DNA of 64,000 nucleotides from Lama glama (taxonomy: Eukaryota). How positions within the stretch are numbered: position 1 is the stretch's first letter; each line of letters opens with the position of its first letter. The DNA lies in the NCBI GenBank assembly GCA_028534125.1, contig CM052816.1, positions 17,424,001 through 17,488,000 on the forward strand, read 5' to 3'. Of the stretch, positions 13,991-25,709 are shown piece after piece. The notes beneath the pieces are model-generated. The model saw only the letters and a list, made by a program, of their open reading frames with translations, had not been told where the DNA came from and did no database searches. The position numbers and the translations under genes are program-made.

Positions 13991-16464
13991 GTTTTTAAGA
14001 ACATGTATTTTTCTGGGCAAGGGGGTCCATGGCTCTTATTAGATTCTCACAGGGTTTGAGACCTCAGATAGGTTGAGAACCTCTATTTTGGAGGAGAAAT
14101 AATTTCAGTATATGAACCTCATTTTTAAAATCTGTGAAATGGAGCAATAGCTCCTACCTCAAAGAGTTGTGCGGAGATTGGAAAACAAGGTATTCAAAGT
14201 GCCTGGTTCAGGTGTACAGTAAATGGCTACTCTTACTGATGCTCACAGGCTAATAGAGCATGACTTTTCTCTGCTCATGGGTGATCGTCCACCCCTTCAT
14301 CACAGTGTGCGTGTAGAATGGGCTTTGCTCTCACTGAGTGGTGGTCCCATGGGCCAGAGGGCGAGAGAGAGAGAGGATGGCTGAAAGACCATTATCATTG
14401 TTTGGACCTGAGGTTGGCAGTGCTGGGGCTGGAGGAAGAGAAGCAAGAAGGAAACTCATTAGGACTTGGTGACTGCCAGTGGACTTGAGAGCCAGGAGTC
14501 AAGAGAACTCTGAGGGTCTGTTTCCTTCCGGGGGAGAATGAACATTCTTTTGCAGACGCAGAAAGGGGGCAGTGCGCGGAGGAAGTTAGGTTTGCAGGAG
14601 GGGTTCAGTTTCCCCATACTGAGTCTGAGGAGAGATTGGCCATATAAGTGGAAATATCTAGCAGGAGATATAGGTCTTGGATCCCTTTAGCTCTTTATTT
14701 GCCTGAGTTGCAACTTGTGGGGGTTTTAGATTTTGATTGAAAGAAGGGAACTGACACCTGGTGGCCAGAACGCCTGAAGCAGAGAGAAGAGAGGATGAGG
14801 GTGGTGGAAAGAAGGCTCTGGGGTCCAGTCCCAGCCCAGTTCCTAAACTTGATGGTGACAGGGCTTAGGGATGGAAGCTGAAGTTGCTGTTTTCACAAAG
14901 GATCTTATGAGCCATGGCAGTGCTGGAGGCTGCTCTGATACCCACCGGGCAGATTGCTGCAGGGTCAGGGCGGGGCCATTCTCCCACGTGGTTGTGGAAG
15001 GTGGGTGGCTCTGTAGGCCTTGGGGTGTCAGGAGAGAGAGCATTTATGGCACGGATGTTGGCAGAGGTCGGTGAGTTCTGCTGGACGCTGTCAACAGCAA
15101 CAGGGGTGAGGGTCTCTTGCTGCAACTTGAGGAGAGGATATCGATTAGGCAGAGGAGGGGTGTGGCAGGTTCTGCACAGTGGTTGCAGATGATCGACAAG
15201 CCTATGAGCCTTTAAGGGATACTCTTCAGGGGCTGTTTGGCAATGGAAGATCTCCAAGGACTGAAGGACTTCGGTAAGAGGGTGGGGCAAGTTAGGGAAT
15301 CTGAGTTTTTGAGGTCAGTGTGCTTTTATCTCCATCTGCAGGCTGGAGAGGCCAGGGGATTTTTGGATGATGAAAGTAGCTATCTGAATGTTGAATTCGA
15401 TGACACTCAGTTCAAGAGTTTGAGGATTCCATTGATAACGTGATTCTTTTTTCCTAGTCAGTATCAGTCAGTCTTTTGGGAAATGCTTTCTCTCTAAGCA
15501 GGAATCTGCATCTCAGAGCTGTGTCCTGGCAGGAAGAGCCCATTGCTGGGGAGCCTCTCAGCCTTTCCCAGCCCACTGAGGCAGAACCATCTCTTGGTGC
15601 TTCATTGCCTCACAATCTTCCTCAGGTCTGTCTTCCCCTGGCATGTGACCCTGCAGGTAGAAATGTCTGGAACCCTCTGTTGAGAAGGGCCGTTCATTTC
15701 CCAGCCCACCACATGAGACTTCAGCTCCAAAAAACCTACTGGGTAGAGATGTCTGGTCAGCTCTGAAATCCACTGATTCTGTTTACAGTCTGACCAACTC
15801 CCAGCAAATTGGGGTGTAGACATTTGGCTGGGGGCTGGATTCTTGGGTTTCCTCTTTCACTCCCTTTAAGCACCCACCTTCTGCTGCCCCCTGCTCAGAG
15901 GGACAGACCTCACCTCTCCATTATCTTCATAACTACCCCCAACTTGCCCCAAGGAAGAATAAGATGTGGGGAGAAGTGGGGGGACTGGTCTGACATGGGC
16001 AGATTTCTTAGCCCTTAGGCCAGAGATGAGGGTAGGGCTACCTGCAGGGCTCACTTCCTTTTTTAGGTCCCATATCTCTTTTTGGCAACACTGTATTCAG
16101 TGCCCAGTATCTGATGAGGCTCTCACCCCGGTCTCCGAGTCCTCCTGGGCAGTTCCTCCTGCTCTCACCCTCCTCCCCATCACCACGTGGCCAGGGGCCC
16201 TATGCTTTGATGGGTGATTGTGAATGTTTAAGTGAACATCTCCTCCTGAAACATCTAGTGGGGTCCTTACATCTTTCTTAAATCTCTTTATATTGTCAAG
16301 TGTCACCTCTTGGGGTAATAGATTGCACATGACCAGGAACCTGACATCACCCAGGAATTTATTCCTTTCAAGGACAAAACCTTCCTGCTTCAACCATTTT
16401 TTGACAGAAATCTTTAAATATTGTATTATAAACTTTCTTGCCTTTATAATGAGAGTGTTGATAT

Positions 16465-16985
16465 TGTTACTGATTCCAAACTCGTTCTGCTTGCCGCACA
16501 ACAGGCCAGTAAATCAGGAGACGAGGTGTTGGGGCAAGGAATAACGACTTTATTTGGAAAGCCAGCAGACCGAGAAGATGGCAGGGTAATATCCTGGAGA
16601 ACCATCTTCCTCAAGTCAGAATTCAGGCTCCTTTTATACTAAAAAGGGGAGGGGGTATACTTGGTCATTGCATACTTCTTGGTGTCAGAATCCTCTTTGT
16701 TCTTGTAGCTGTCCATGTGGGTCAAGTCATGGTGTCCCTGTAAACCTCTAACAAAACAAATGTTATTTTCTATTCTGCAACTTTTTACCTTTATGTAAAT
16801 GGAAAAGTGTTAATACCCTTAAAGGTGAGTCTTGAGGATGGGCTATCCTGTATCCTTCAGGCTCTAGGCAACATTCTTTTACAAAAGGTGCGGAACCAGC
16901 ATGACTAAGCACAGGAAACAGAGTACAGGGTTAAAGCCAAAGGAACAGATCTATTATGGAGTCAGATTTGTTCTTCCCTAGTACA
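16465..16985 (-). mobile_element. ERV1-type solo LTR (521 bp)
   Basis: TG...CA termini; perfect 4-bp TSD ATAT (16461-16464, 16986-16989); minus-strand AATAAA (TTTATT ~16548) and TATAAAA (TTTTATA ~16632). Confidence 0.88.
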
Positions 16986-17689
16986 ATATTATTATTAGGA
17001 ATAATTTTATTAGTCCTATTGTAAAATAAATATATTCTCTGACCTCCAAGTCTGTGCCCCCTCGAGCTGGACTTTTCTACTTCTGTGCCTGCTCTTTGTC
17101 CATTTCTCATCTACTAGCGGGCATTTGGCTGTCACTTTTTGTGCCTTAGCTTTTTATTTTTTCCTTTTCTTACTCTTTCAGAAACGTTAATATTTTTCTC
17201 ATGGTAAAACACATTTCTATAGAAAATTAGGAAGATATGAATATGAAGGAGAAAATACAGATAAGTAATAAGAAGGAGCATTTTATTTTGGTTTTTCCAT
17301 CTAATCCTTCCCCACCTCTCTCTTTCCTGCCCTCCCTTCCTTTTTCCATGTATGTATATAAATCCAATCTTACTGAATATAGACATACATATGTGTACAC
17401 ACAATATATACCCATACATATATTCAGTATGATTGAAATATTTTACAAAATGATGAAATTCTATTTTATTATAAGATGTAAAAATTTAAGTTACCATTTC
17501 TCTTATGGTTTAACATCAGATGATTTACATTTTTTTTACTAATTAATTTCATAGTGAACACTTTTGAGTACATTTATTCTCATTTGAAAATTTTTAAAGA
17601 ATAGATTCTCAGGTGTGAGATTACTAGATCAGATTGTAGAGTTTTGTTTTGAGCTCTTGATACATGTGGCCACCTTTCTTTCATTGACA

Positions 17690-18385
17690 ATGCCAATTGT
17701 TGGTGATGGAAGAACTGGAACTCTGATACATTGCTTGTGAGAATGTAAAATGGTACAACCTTTTAGAAAAAAGGTTGTCAGTTTTTTAAAAAGTTAAGTA
17801 TGCACCTACCATATGACACAGCCATTCCACTCCTAGGTTTTTACTTAAGAAAAAAGGAAATATATGTGCAACAAAGACTTGTACATAAATGTCAATAACA
17901 GCTTTATTTATGATAGCCAAAATTTAGAAATAACCCAAGTGCCTTCAACTGGACAATGAATAAACAAATTGTGGCATATCCATATAATGGACTATTAGCA
18001 ATAAGAAGAAACAATCTATTTCTACCTGCAGCAACATGGATGAATCTTAAAATTACTAAGCTGAGTAAAAGAAGCCAGCCAAAAAATAGCACATTCTATA
18101 TGATTCTGTTTATGTAAAATTCTGAAAAGTAAAAACTAATCTAGCAGAGACGGAAACCATTTCAGTAGTTGCCTAGGAATGGGGGCGGGGGTGGGAAGAA
18201 CTGGTAGGGAGGATTTACAGAAGGACACAAGAAAACTTTCAGTGGGTGAAGTATGTATTTGCTATCTTGATTGTGGTGATGATTTCAGAGGTATACATAT
18301 ATGTCAGATTTTATCAATAGTACACACTTCAAATATATGTAGTTTATTGTATGTTGATTATACCTGGATAAAGCTGTTTTAAAAA
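17690..18385 (+). mobile_element. Old L1 (L1M-type) ORF2 end and 3' UTR
   Basis: GAACTCTGATACATTGCTTGTGAGAATGTAAAATGGTACAACC through to an A-rich end. Confidence 0.85.
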
Positions 18386-18487
18386 GATGATCTTGTTACA
18401 TATGGCCAAATTTCTTTCTAGAACACAGTACCAGTTTATATTCCAACTAAAAATAAATGCCCTGAATGCCCTTCTCAGTAGGTTCTT

Positions 18488-18640
18488 TTTTTAAAAAAAT
18501 TACTTATTTATTTTCTTTGGTAGGGGAGGTAATTAGGGTTATTTATTTATTTATTTACTTAATGGAGGTACTGGGGATTGAATCCAGGACCTCATGCATG
18601 CTAAGCACTCACTCTATCACAAAGTTAACCCCCCCTCATA
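18488..18640 (-). mobile_element. Vic-1-like tRNA(Ala)-derived SINE
   Basis: The minus strand reads GAGTGCTTAGCATGCATGAGGTCCTGGATTCAATCCCCAGTACCTCCATT-(AAAT)n-CCCTAATTACCTCCCC. 16-bp TSD TTCTCAGTAG(G/A)TTCTT at 18472-18487 and 18641-18656. Confidence 0.88.
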
Positions 18641-18701
18641 TTCTCAGTAGATTCTTGACACTCTTGGATATTATAATTTTTAAGCATCTCTGACCAGTTG
18701 G

Positions 18702-18748
18702 ATATATATATACACACACACACACACATATATATGTGTGTGTGTATA

Positions 18749-18779
<31 letters not shown>

Positions 18780-18781
18780 AT
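18702..18781. repeat. Compound (TA)(CA)(TA)(TG) microsatellite
   Basis: Read directly. Confidence 0.95.
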
Positions 18782-21522
18782 AAAGATTATTAAAACTTTG
18801 CTTCTATTTATTTTGGATACTTTTTTCCTAGGTCGTGATTTTAATTTTTATGCAGAATTTTTGATTCACAGGAAGTTTTTAAAGTTCTATAGTGAAATCA
18901 ATTGAGTGTTTCCTTTACGTTTGCCCACATTCCTAATTTGCAACTTTTACCTCTGGAAAACTAGGTAATCAAAGCTCTTAAGATTTCTTACTAAATAAGA
19001 GTCACTGAGGCTGTAGCGTGGGCCTGTGATTTTTTTTCTACACAGTAATGCGTATGAGTTTGGTGACAGCTGTTCCAGCCCTTTTGAGGTCATTGCTTTC
19101 CAAGTTTATGATGTTTAGGAACTCTTTTTAATGTAAAACAACATTGTGGAGCCCCACATGATAGTGATTCTACTTTTAGTGGCTGTTGATGGAGAATATA
19201 TAATGACCAAAACCACATTCAGTTAATTTTAAATATGAATTTGCATTGTACTAACCATCACAGCCCTGACATACATTTGAGAAACAGTGCACCTAAGTGT
19301 GAAGCCTGTATTCTGTCTACAAAGTTTGCTGTGCATGTGGATGCTGGATCCCTTTGTAATATTTTGAGGCCCCAGGTTTGGGAACCCCTGTTGGGAATCA
19401 TATCTAACCAGGTGGAGCAGAGACTCAGAACTTTTGCCTGTGCTGAAGCCTATCTCTTCTTCTAAACTTTTTAGCTGGGAATTGTGAGGATGTGGGCTTG
19501 GGGCTTCTGGGAAGCCTGAATTTGGGATAACTGGGAGTCCTAGTAATCTTTTAAAAATTTTTTTCTTCACCCACCCTTTTCAAATTTGAGGGAGTATCTT
19601 ATGCAGGTGTCCTGGTACCAGGTGAGAAAGACATTCACTATACTCTTCTCAGCCATCCTCTTTCCAAATGGAAGTGTCTTTTCCCAGAATAATCGGCTTG
19701 TGGCTTTTCCTGGTCCCTTTGTCGTTTTCTCTGCGGGCATTCAGAGCACGCCTGCTACAAGGCGATAACACGTGTGAGTCAGCGAGCACAGGGCTGGGCC
19801 CTCGGCTCACGCTCGAGGGATCATCCCACTCCTCCCCTCCGTTTGACAGCAGGTTCCAAGCTCACCTGCCGATGCTGCACTGATCCTACTGCAAATATGT
19901 TTTGGCTGAGCGACAAAGTCCACTCCAAAGAAGTGAGAGTATTATTTAAATTATTGAAACACCTTAATCCATCAGCTCACATCAATATTGTTTTGAGCTG
20001 ATAGTTTTCTGCACTTCGCCTTCTGCGTTCCATCCTACCTGTGGTTAATGTCTCTTGCTGTCACCTACTTAAAAAATTCAGGCTTTTGAAATTTTCCTTT
20101 GTGTTAAACTTGCAATGGAGTATTGGATTCCTTGGTTCATTTGAAAAAAAAAAGCCCTTTATCAAAATGTTAAGCTTGGTTAATTTGCATAAAATATTTC
20201 CTCCGCAATTTGCTGTCTATTACTTTTGAAACGCAAATTGCCTCAGCTGCAGTGTCGGGTGGCTGTAAAGGCAGGCAAGCTATTAGAGCTCTCAGTTCTA
20301 GGGATGAACAAGTCTCAGATTTGGAGCTCAAGGAAATAAATTAGAATCTTGCCTTGTCTCACTCCCTTGTGTGATCTGAGCTCATCTGTAGAAGAAAAGG
20401 GAGAAAAGGAACTCAGGATTGCCAAGAAAGGGTTCAAAGGCCTGGGTTAAGAAAGTTGGAGTGTGTGGTTGGAAGCTGGGTGTGGCTGTGCGCTCAGGGA
20501 GTGCAGGAGGGAGGAAGGAAAGCCTTGGGTGTCTCCAGGAAGATGCTCAGTGACAGCAAACCAAAGGGCACACACAGCCAGGTTCTTCTGCCTAAAACAC
20601 AGCTCTCACCCCACCATTCCTCTGCCCCGCAGCCTTCACTGCCTCCCCACCAGCCCAGTATCAACTCTGCATTCAGAGTAGCTGGGGGACATCCATGCTG
20701 GAGGAGTTCCCTGGGGACAGATACCAAGAAAGTCCTACTTTGCTCAGAGATGCCCACTTCCAACCTGAATCTCAATACCTCCCGTCATGGCAATGGAATG
20801 GAGCCTTTTTGTCCAGAGTAACAACCTTCCATTAAGGCAAATCTGCTTAGCCTGAAAAACACTGATGTTCACAAATAACAGATGGGCAGGGCAGGCCAGG
20901 CCACAATTAGGCTTTGCTGGTTCCTCACACTCCCTTTTCCTAGAAAGAGGAGGACTTACAGGAAAGAGGGAGGGCGTCCTTTGGGGGGAGGGGTCTTCCC
21001 TTTGCACGCAAGAAGTTCCTTCTCTGACTCACCCTAGGCTTTTCTCTGAAAGCTCAGAAAGGGCTCGTGTTAGTCAGAGCAAATGAATGTATATGGTGAA
21101 AGGTGGGGTTTATGTGCGAGGAGATGGTGTTATATTTAGACCTCTGTAATTAAAGATCCATTTATGTCTGAGCATCCTTAAACAGACAAATATAAAACTC
21201 ATGAATACCAAATTCTATTTGGGTAACTGGCTGGAAGCGCACACACTCACGCATACACTCTCGGAGCCTGTCTCTTGTCTATTCAAGTAGAAGAAAAAGC
21301 CACCATCAGTCTTGGCTCAGGTCTGATGAATTTCCAGCCTCACTCCTTAGGGCTACAATGAAGAGCTTTGTATTTCTGGCTCTTTCTGTTCTCTCTGAAA
21401 GTCTGATTCCCTCTTGCAGCCTGAAACCCAAGATGATTCCAGATGAATACTGACAAGAGAGAGACCAACATTTCTTCTGAGTTGCTTTTCCCTTGGGACC
21501 CAGTAGATGTGATGTTTGAAAC

Positions 21523-22157
21523 TGATGCAGGAAAACAGATGTGGGGCGTGAGAAGGGCCGTTGTGCCAGGCTTCGGTTGAGCCCCTGGGACGTGCCCCGC
21601 CAAGTGTGGGTCCTTGGCTTCGCGCAGGAAAGAATTCAAGAGCAAGCCACAGTTGAGTGAAGGTATATTTATTCAGAGAGATACATTGAAAGGCAAGAGA
21701 AAGGCCACGAGGTGTAGGGGTTGGATGCTCAGATTAAAAGTAGGTACACATTCCATGGACAGAATGTGGGCCGTCTCCAAAGAGGGAGAGAGAGGGGCCT
21801 GCCACAAAGCGCAGTGTTGCTGGGTTTTATGGGCTCTGTGGCTTCATGTGCTAATAAGTGGAAGGACCAGTCTAAGTAGCCTGGGGAAAGGGCTGGGATT
21901 CCCAGGAAGTTGGCCATTTCCCACTCTTTGACCTTTTGTGGCTAGCCTTGGGACTGCCACGGTGCCTGTAGGCTTGTTATTCACCATGCTAATATATTAC
22001 AATAAGCGTATAATGAAGCTCAAGATCTACTAGAAGTTAAATCTCTCATCATCCTGAGCCTCAAGGCCTACTGAGGGTTGAATCTTTCACCATTTTGATG
22101 TAAATTGCTGTAGCATTCTTTGAATGGCTGTGCCCTGCACCCTTCCATCTTGTCTCA
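21523..22157 (-). mobile_element. ERV1-type solo LTR (635 bp)
   Basis: TG...CA termini; perfect 4-bp TSD AAAC (21519-21522, 22158-22161); minus-strand AATAAA at ~21668-21673. Confidence 0.87.
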
Positions 22158-22183
22158 AAACTTAGAAGTCAATGATTTGTACC

Positions 22184-22978
22184 TGTGATATAGTAAAAAA
22201 TAGAACTGGTCTTTGTCTCTGGTTCCAACACAGAGCTCTTAAAACCCTTGGAATTTCCTAAGTGAGAGGAGTGTCTTTTGTTATTTATAATGAGCCCCTT
22301 TCAGCCAGACCTGAGTTTATGCTAGTGAGGTGACTGTTGGTGAGCTACAGGATCAGGCTGGTAGCAGAGAAAACAGCAATGTGATTAGAGGGTTGGAACT
22401 TTCAGGTCACCTCCTGACCAGGAAGAGGGGCTGGAGGATGAGTTCAATAACTAATGGCCAATGACTTAATCAGTTGTGCCTACTGATTAAACCTTCATAA
22501 AAACTCCTGAACAACAATGTTCAGAGAGCTTTGGGGTTGGTGAATACACTGAGGTGCTGGGAGGGTGGTAAGTCTGGAGAGGGCATGGAAGCTCTGTGCC
22601 TCCTTCCCCATATGTATCTTCTCCATTTGGCTGTTCCTGAGTTGTATCATTTATAACAAACTGGTAATAGTAAGTAAAGTGCTTTCCTGACTTTTGTGAG
22701 TTATTCTAGCGAATTATTGAACATGAGGGCCGTGGGCACCCCCAGTTTATAGCTGGTTGGTCAGAAGTATGGATGGTTTGGAACTTGCAACGAGCATCTG
22801 AAGTAGGGGCAGACTTGTGGGACCTGTACGACGTGATGCTAACTCCAGGTGGTTAGCGTCAGAATTGAATTGAATTGTAGGACACCCAGCCAGGGTCCAG
22901 AGAGTTGGAGAATTGGTTGATGTGATGAAGAAACCCCACACAGTTGGTGTCAGAAGTGTGGTGAGTGAAAACAGCTCA
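22184..22978 (+). mobile_element. MER21-family LTR
   Basis: TGTGATATAG...CACAGAGCTCTTAAAACCCTTGGAATTTCC...GGTGTCAGAAGTG resembles MER21; 5-bp TSD GTACC/GCACC with one mismatch. Confidence 0.85.
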
Positions 22979-23719
22979 GCACCTATTGAATAATGATTTG
23001 TTTTTCACTTAAAAATACTTCAAAAAGAAAAAGCACACATTCCCAATCTCTTAAAAGCCTAGCCAGCCTAGAAACTTGAACAAGTTTCCATTTTCAATGG
23101 TAATGAGAAAAGAAAAAACACTGATAGCTGACTTTCTCCATCCAATATCACATCAGAGATAATCACCTGAAATTACTGCAGTTGTGTTGTTTCTCAAAAA
23201 TGTCGGCCCAAGCACATCTTTGGATTTTAAATGTGCTGGAGTTTGACTGCTATATCCCAGCAGAGGCTCCTCTCCCTTCCTCCCTCCCTCCTCTGAGTGC
23301 CACTCACATGGGGACAAGTTCCACACAATTCTCTCCTATCCTGTCTGGTGTTTTTACCCACTGTAATGCAGGCTCTGAAGGAGAGAGAATGCAGACAGGG
23401 CTGTCGTGACTCATTCTGAACCATGGAAGGGACTGCATGGGAGAGTAGACATACCAGGGACCCTGGGGACAATGTCCACCTAGACATGTCTTATCCAGGA
23501 CTTGGTGAAGATAGAGAAGGTCTGCACATCAGTTTGTGGAGGACAGAGATGAGAGGATGACCACCGTGTTGAGTGACAGATGTAGGAGTCAATCAGATCT
23601 TGACTGGCTGGAGCCAAAGCCTGGAATCTAACGAGGCCAAAGCTAAGGGAGCAAAGAAGGTCACACCTAAAATACCAAGGGAACACACATGGCATGGAGG
23701 GACTTGACCTACGTGGGTC

Positions 23720-24060
23720 TAGTTCGGGGTTTTAGCTGATTGTAAGTGTATTTTGAGTCAACAGTGGGCTGTGGGATTCAGGGAAGCAAGTGATCTGTGG
23801 CAGTGTGTTAGAGGCAGGACAATTGGAGCAAAGGTGCTGATTGCTGCCTGGTCACGCTGGAAATGCTTCCCAGCTCAGGACCCCCACTGAGCACTGCACA
23901 GACCAATGGAGGGTGTTCCAGTCGGGGAGCTGGAGACTGTACAAGTGAGAAAGGAAGAAATTGGATTTTTTGATTTAGAGAATAGAGGGCTTATTGAATT
24001 TACCATAAAGTATCTGCAGGACCGACCTGTGAAAGAGAGACTTGACTTGTTCTGGATGGT
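23720..24060 (+). mobile_element. L3/CR1 LINE remnant
   Basis: Degenerate CR1-like motifs (TGAGTCAACAGTG, GAGGGTGTTCCAG, GACTTGTTCTG). Confidence 0.55.
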
Positions 24061-24067
24061 GTGATGC

Positions 24068-24267
24068 CAGGGTTGGCCAACTAAGGTGGGCTGGCTGCCT
24101 CTGTAAATAAAGCTCTATTTGAAACAGCCATGTCCATTCCTTTATGTATTGTCTACAGCTGCTTTTGTGCTCCGATAGCCGAATTGAATAGTTCCCAAAG
24201 CAACCGACTGGTCCACGAAGCCCATTTACTATCTGGTCCTTTCCAAAAAAACATGTTCTGACCCCTG
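24068..24267. mobile_element. MER58A-like hAT MITE
   Basis: CAGGGTTGGCCAACT...TGACCCCTG termini with internal GTAAATAAAG...GAAACAGCCATG. Confidence 0.8.
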
Positions 24268-24862
24268 GTCTACTGTGTGGGAAGGAGGCCTAGTTTGGAG
24301 GGTTTGATGGTGAACACTTTAAAAAGGCTTATTTTTATACAATAAAAGGAAGAAAAGTTAAGTTTAAGATATTAATTGAAGGTAAGAGTTGAGTTATCAT
24401 CTTGGTGAGATTGATTGAGAGGTGATTTAAGCATTGGTGGGTGTTTGGACTCAGGTGACCCTTGATCCCTTTCCAGTTTTGGAAGTGTCTGATTTACTGC
24501 TTTGTGACATTACTTAAATTACTTCTGGGTTTATTTGCTGACATATTTCAAATACATCTCACCTCTGTCTGCCCTTCCCTGCACCCCCCTCTTCTGCATG
24601 GGGCCCACATCTCACTCTGCTCTGTAGCTCCTGCTATGGCTAAGGTTGGTCTGCCCTGGACTCTCACCAAGTGTGTTTATAATGAGAGTTCCACGAGGGC
24701 TTGCCCCCGGAAGATTTCACCTACAAGGATGTCAGAAAGCAGGTATTTCAAGGGTACTGTTGTAACAAAAATCTAAGAAGATGGCATAGATTAGAAATAG
24801 TAAAGCCTTACAGCCAAACAGCCTTGGGTTTGAGTATCAGCTCTACTAGGATGTTAGGAAAA

Positions 24863-24959
24863 ATTTTCTTTTTCTCTTCCCTCCCTCCTCCTTTCCCTCC
24901 TCTCTCCCTCTCTTTCCCCCTTTTCTTTCTTTCTCTTTCCCCCTTTTCTTTCCCCCTTT

Positions 24960-25001
<42 letters not shown>

Positions 25002-25108
25002 TTCCTTCCTTCCTTCCTTCCTTCCTTCCTTCCTTCCTTCCTTCCGTTCTTCCTTTCTTTCCTTTCTTTCCTTTCTCTCTCTCTCTCTCTCTTTCTCTCT
25101 TTCTTTTT
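24863..25108. repeat. ~245-bp polypyrimidine tract (CTTT)n(CTTC)n(CT)n
   Basis: Read directly. Confidence 0.95.
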
Positions 25109-25709
25109 CGTGAATTGAGAGCCTGCTATGGGCCAGGCACTACTTAAGGCACTTATCAGCGAACAAAGGAGTAAAAATTCCTGCCACCCTGGAGCTTCTA
25201 GTCTTTCAGAGGAGACAGATAATACACGGTAAAAATGACAAATATGGAAATTACATCATATGTTAAAAGGTGACAAGTGCCAAGGAGAGGGAAAAAGCAG
25301 AGCAGGGTGAGGGTGTTTGGGAGCTGGGGCTTGTAACCTTAAAAACAGTGATCAGGGTAGACCTTGTTGAGAAAGTGAAATTTCATCAAAGTCTTGAAGG
25401 AGATGAAAGGATTGCCTTCCCGACCTCTGCAGAGGACTGTGTTGTGGGAGTGTCCCTGGTGTGTTCAAGGAAGAGCCAGGAGGAGGCTCGTGTGGCTGGA
25501 GTAGGGAGGCAGAGGGAGAGAAGGGGGGAAGATGTCAGAGACCTCACGCTGTGGGAGAGGTGGGGAGCAGGGCATCCTGGGATCCAGCACATGATGAAGG
25601 ACATGGGAAGCCACATGGGAACTTTCCTTATGACCACAGGAATGGTCGGATCTGACTTTTGATTTAAATGTGTGCTCTGGCTGCTGGTTGAGATTTAGAT
25701 TTAGAGGGA

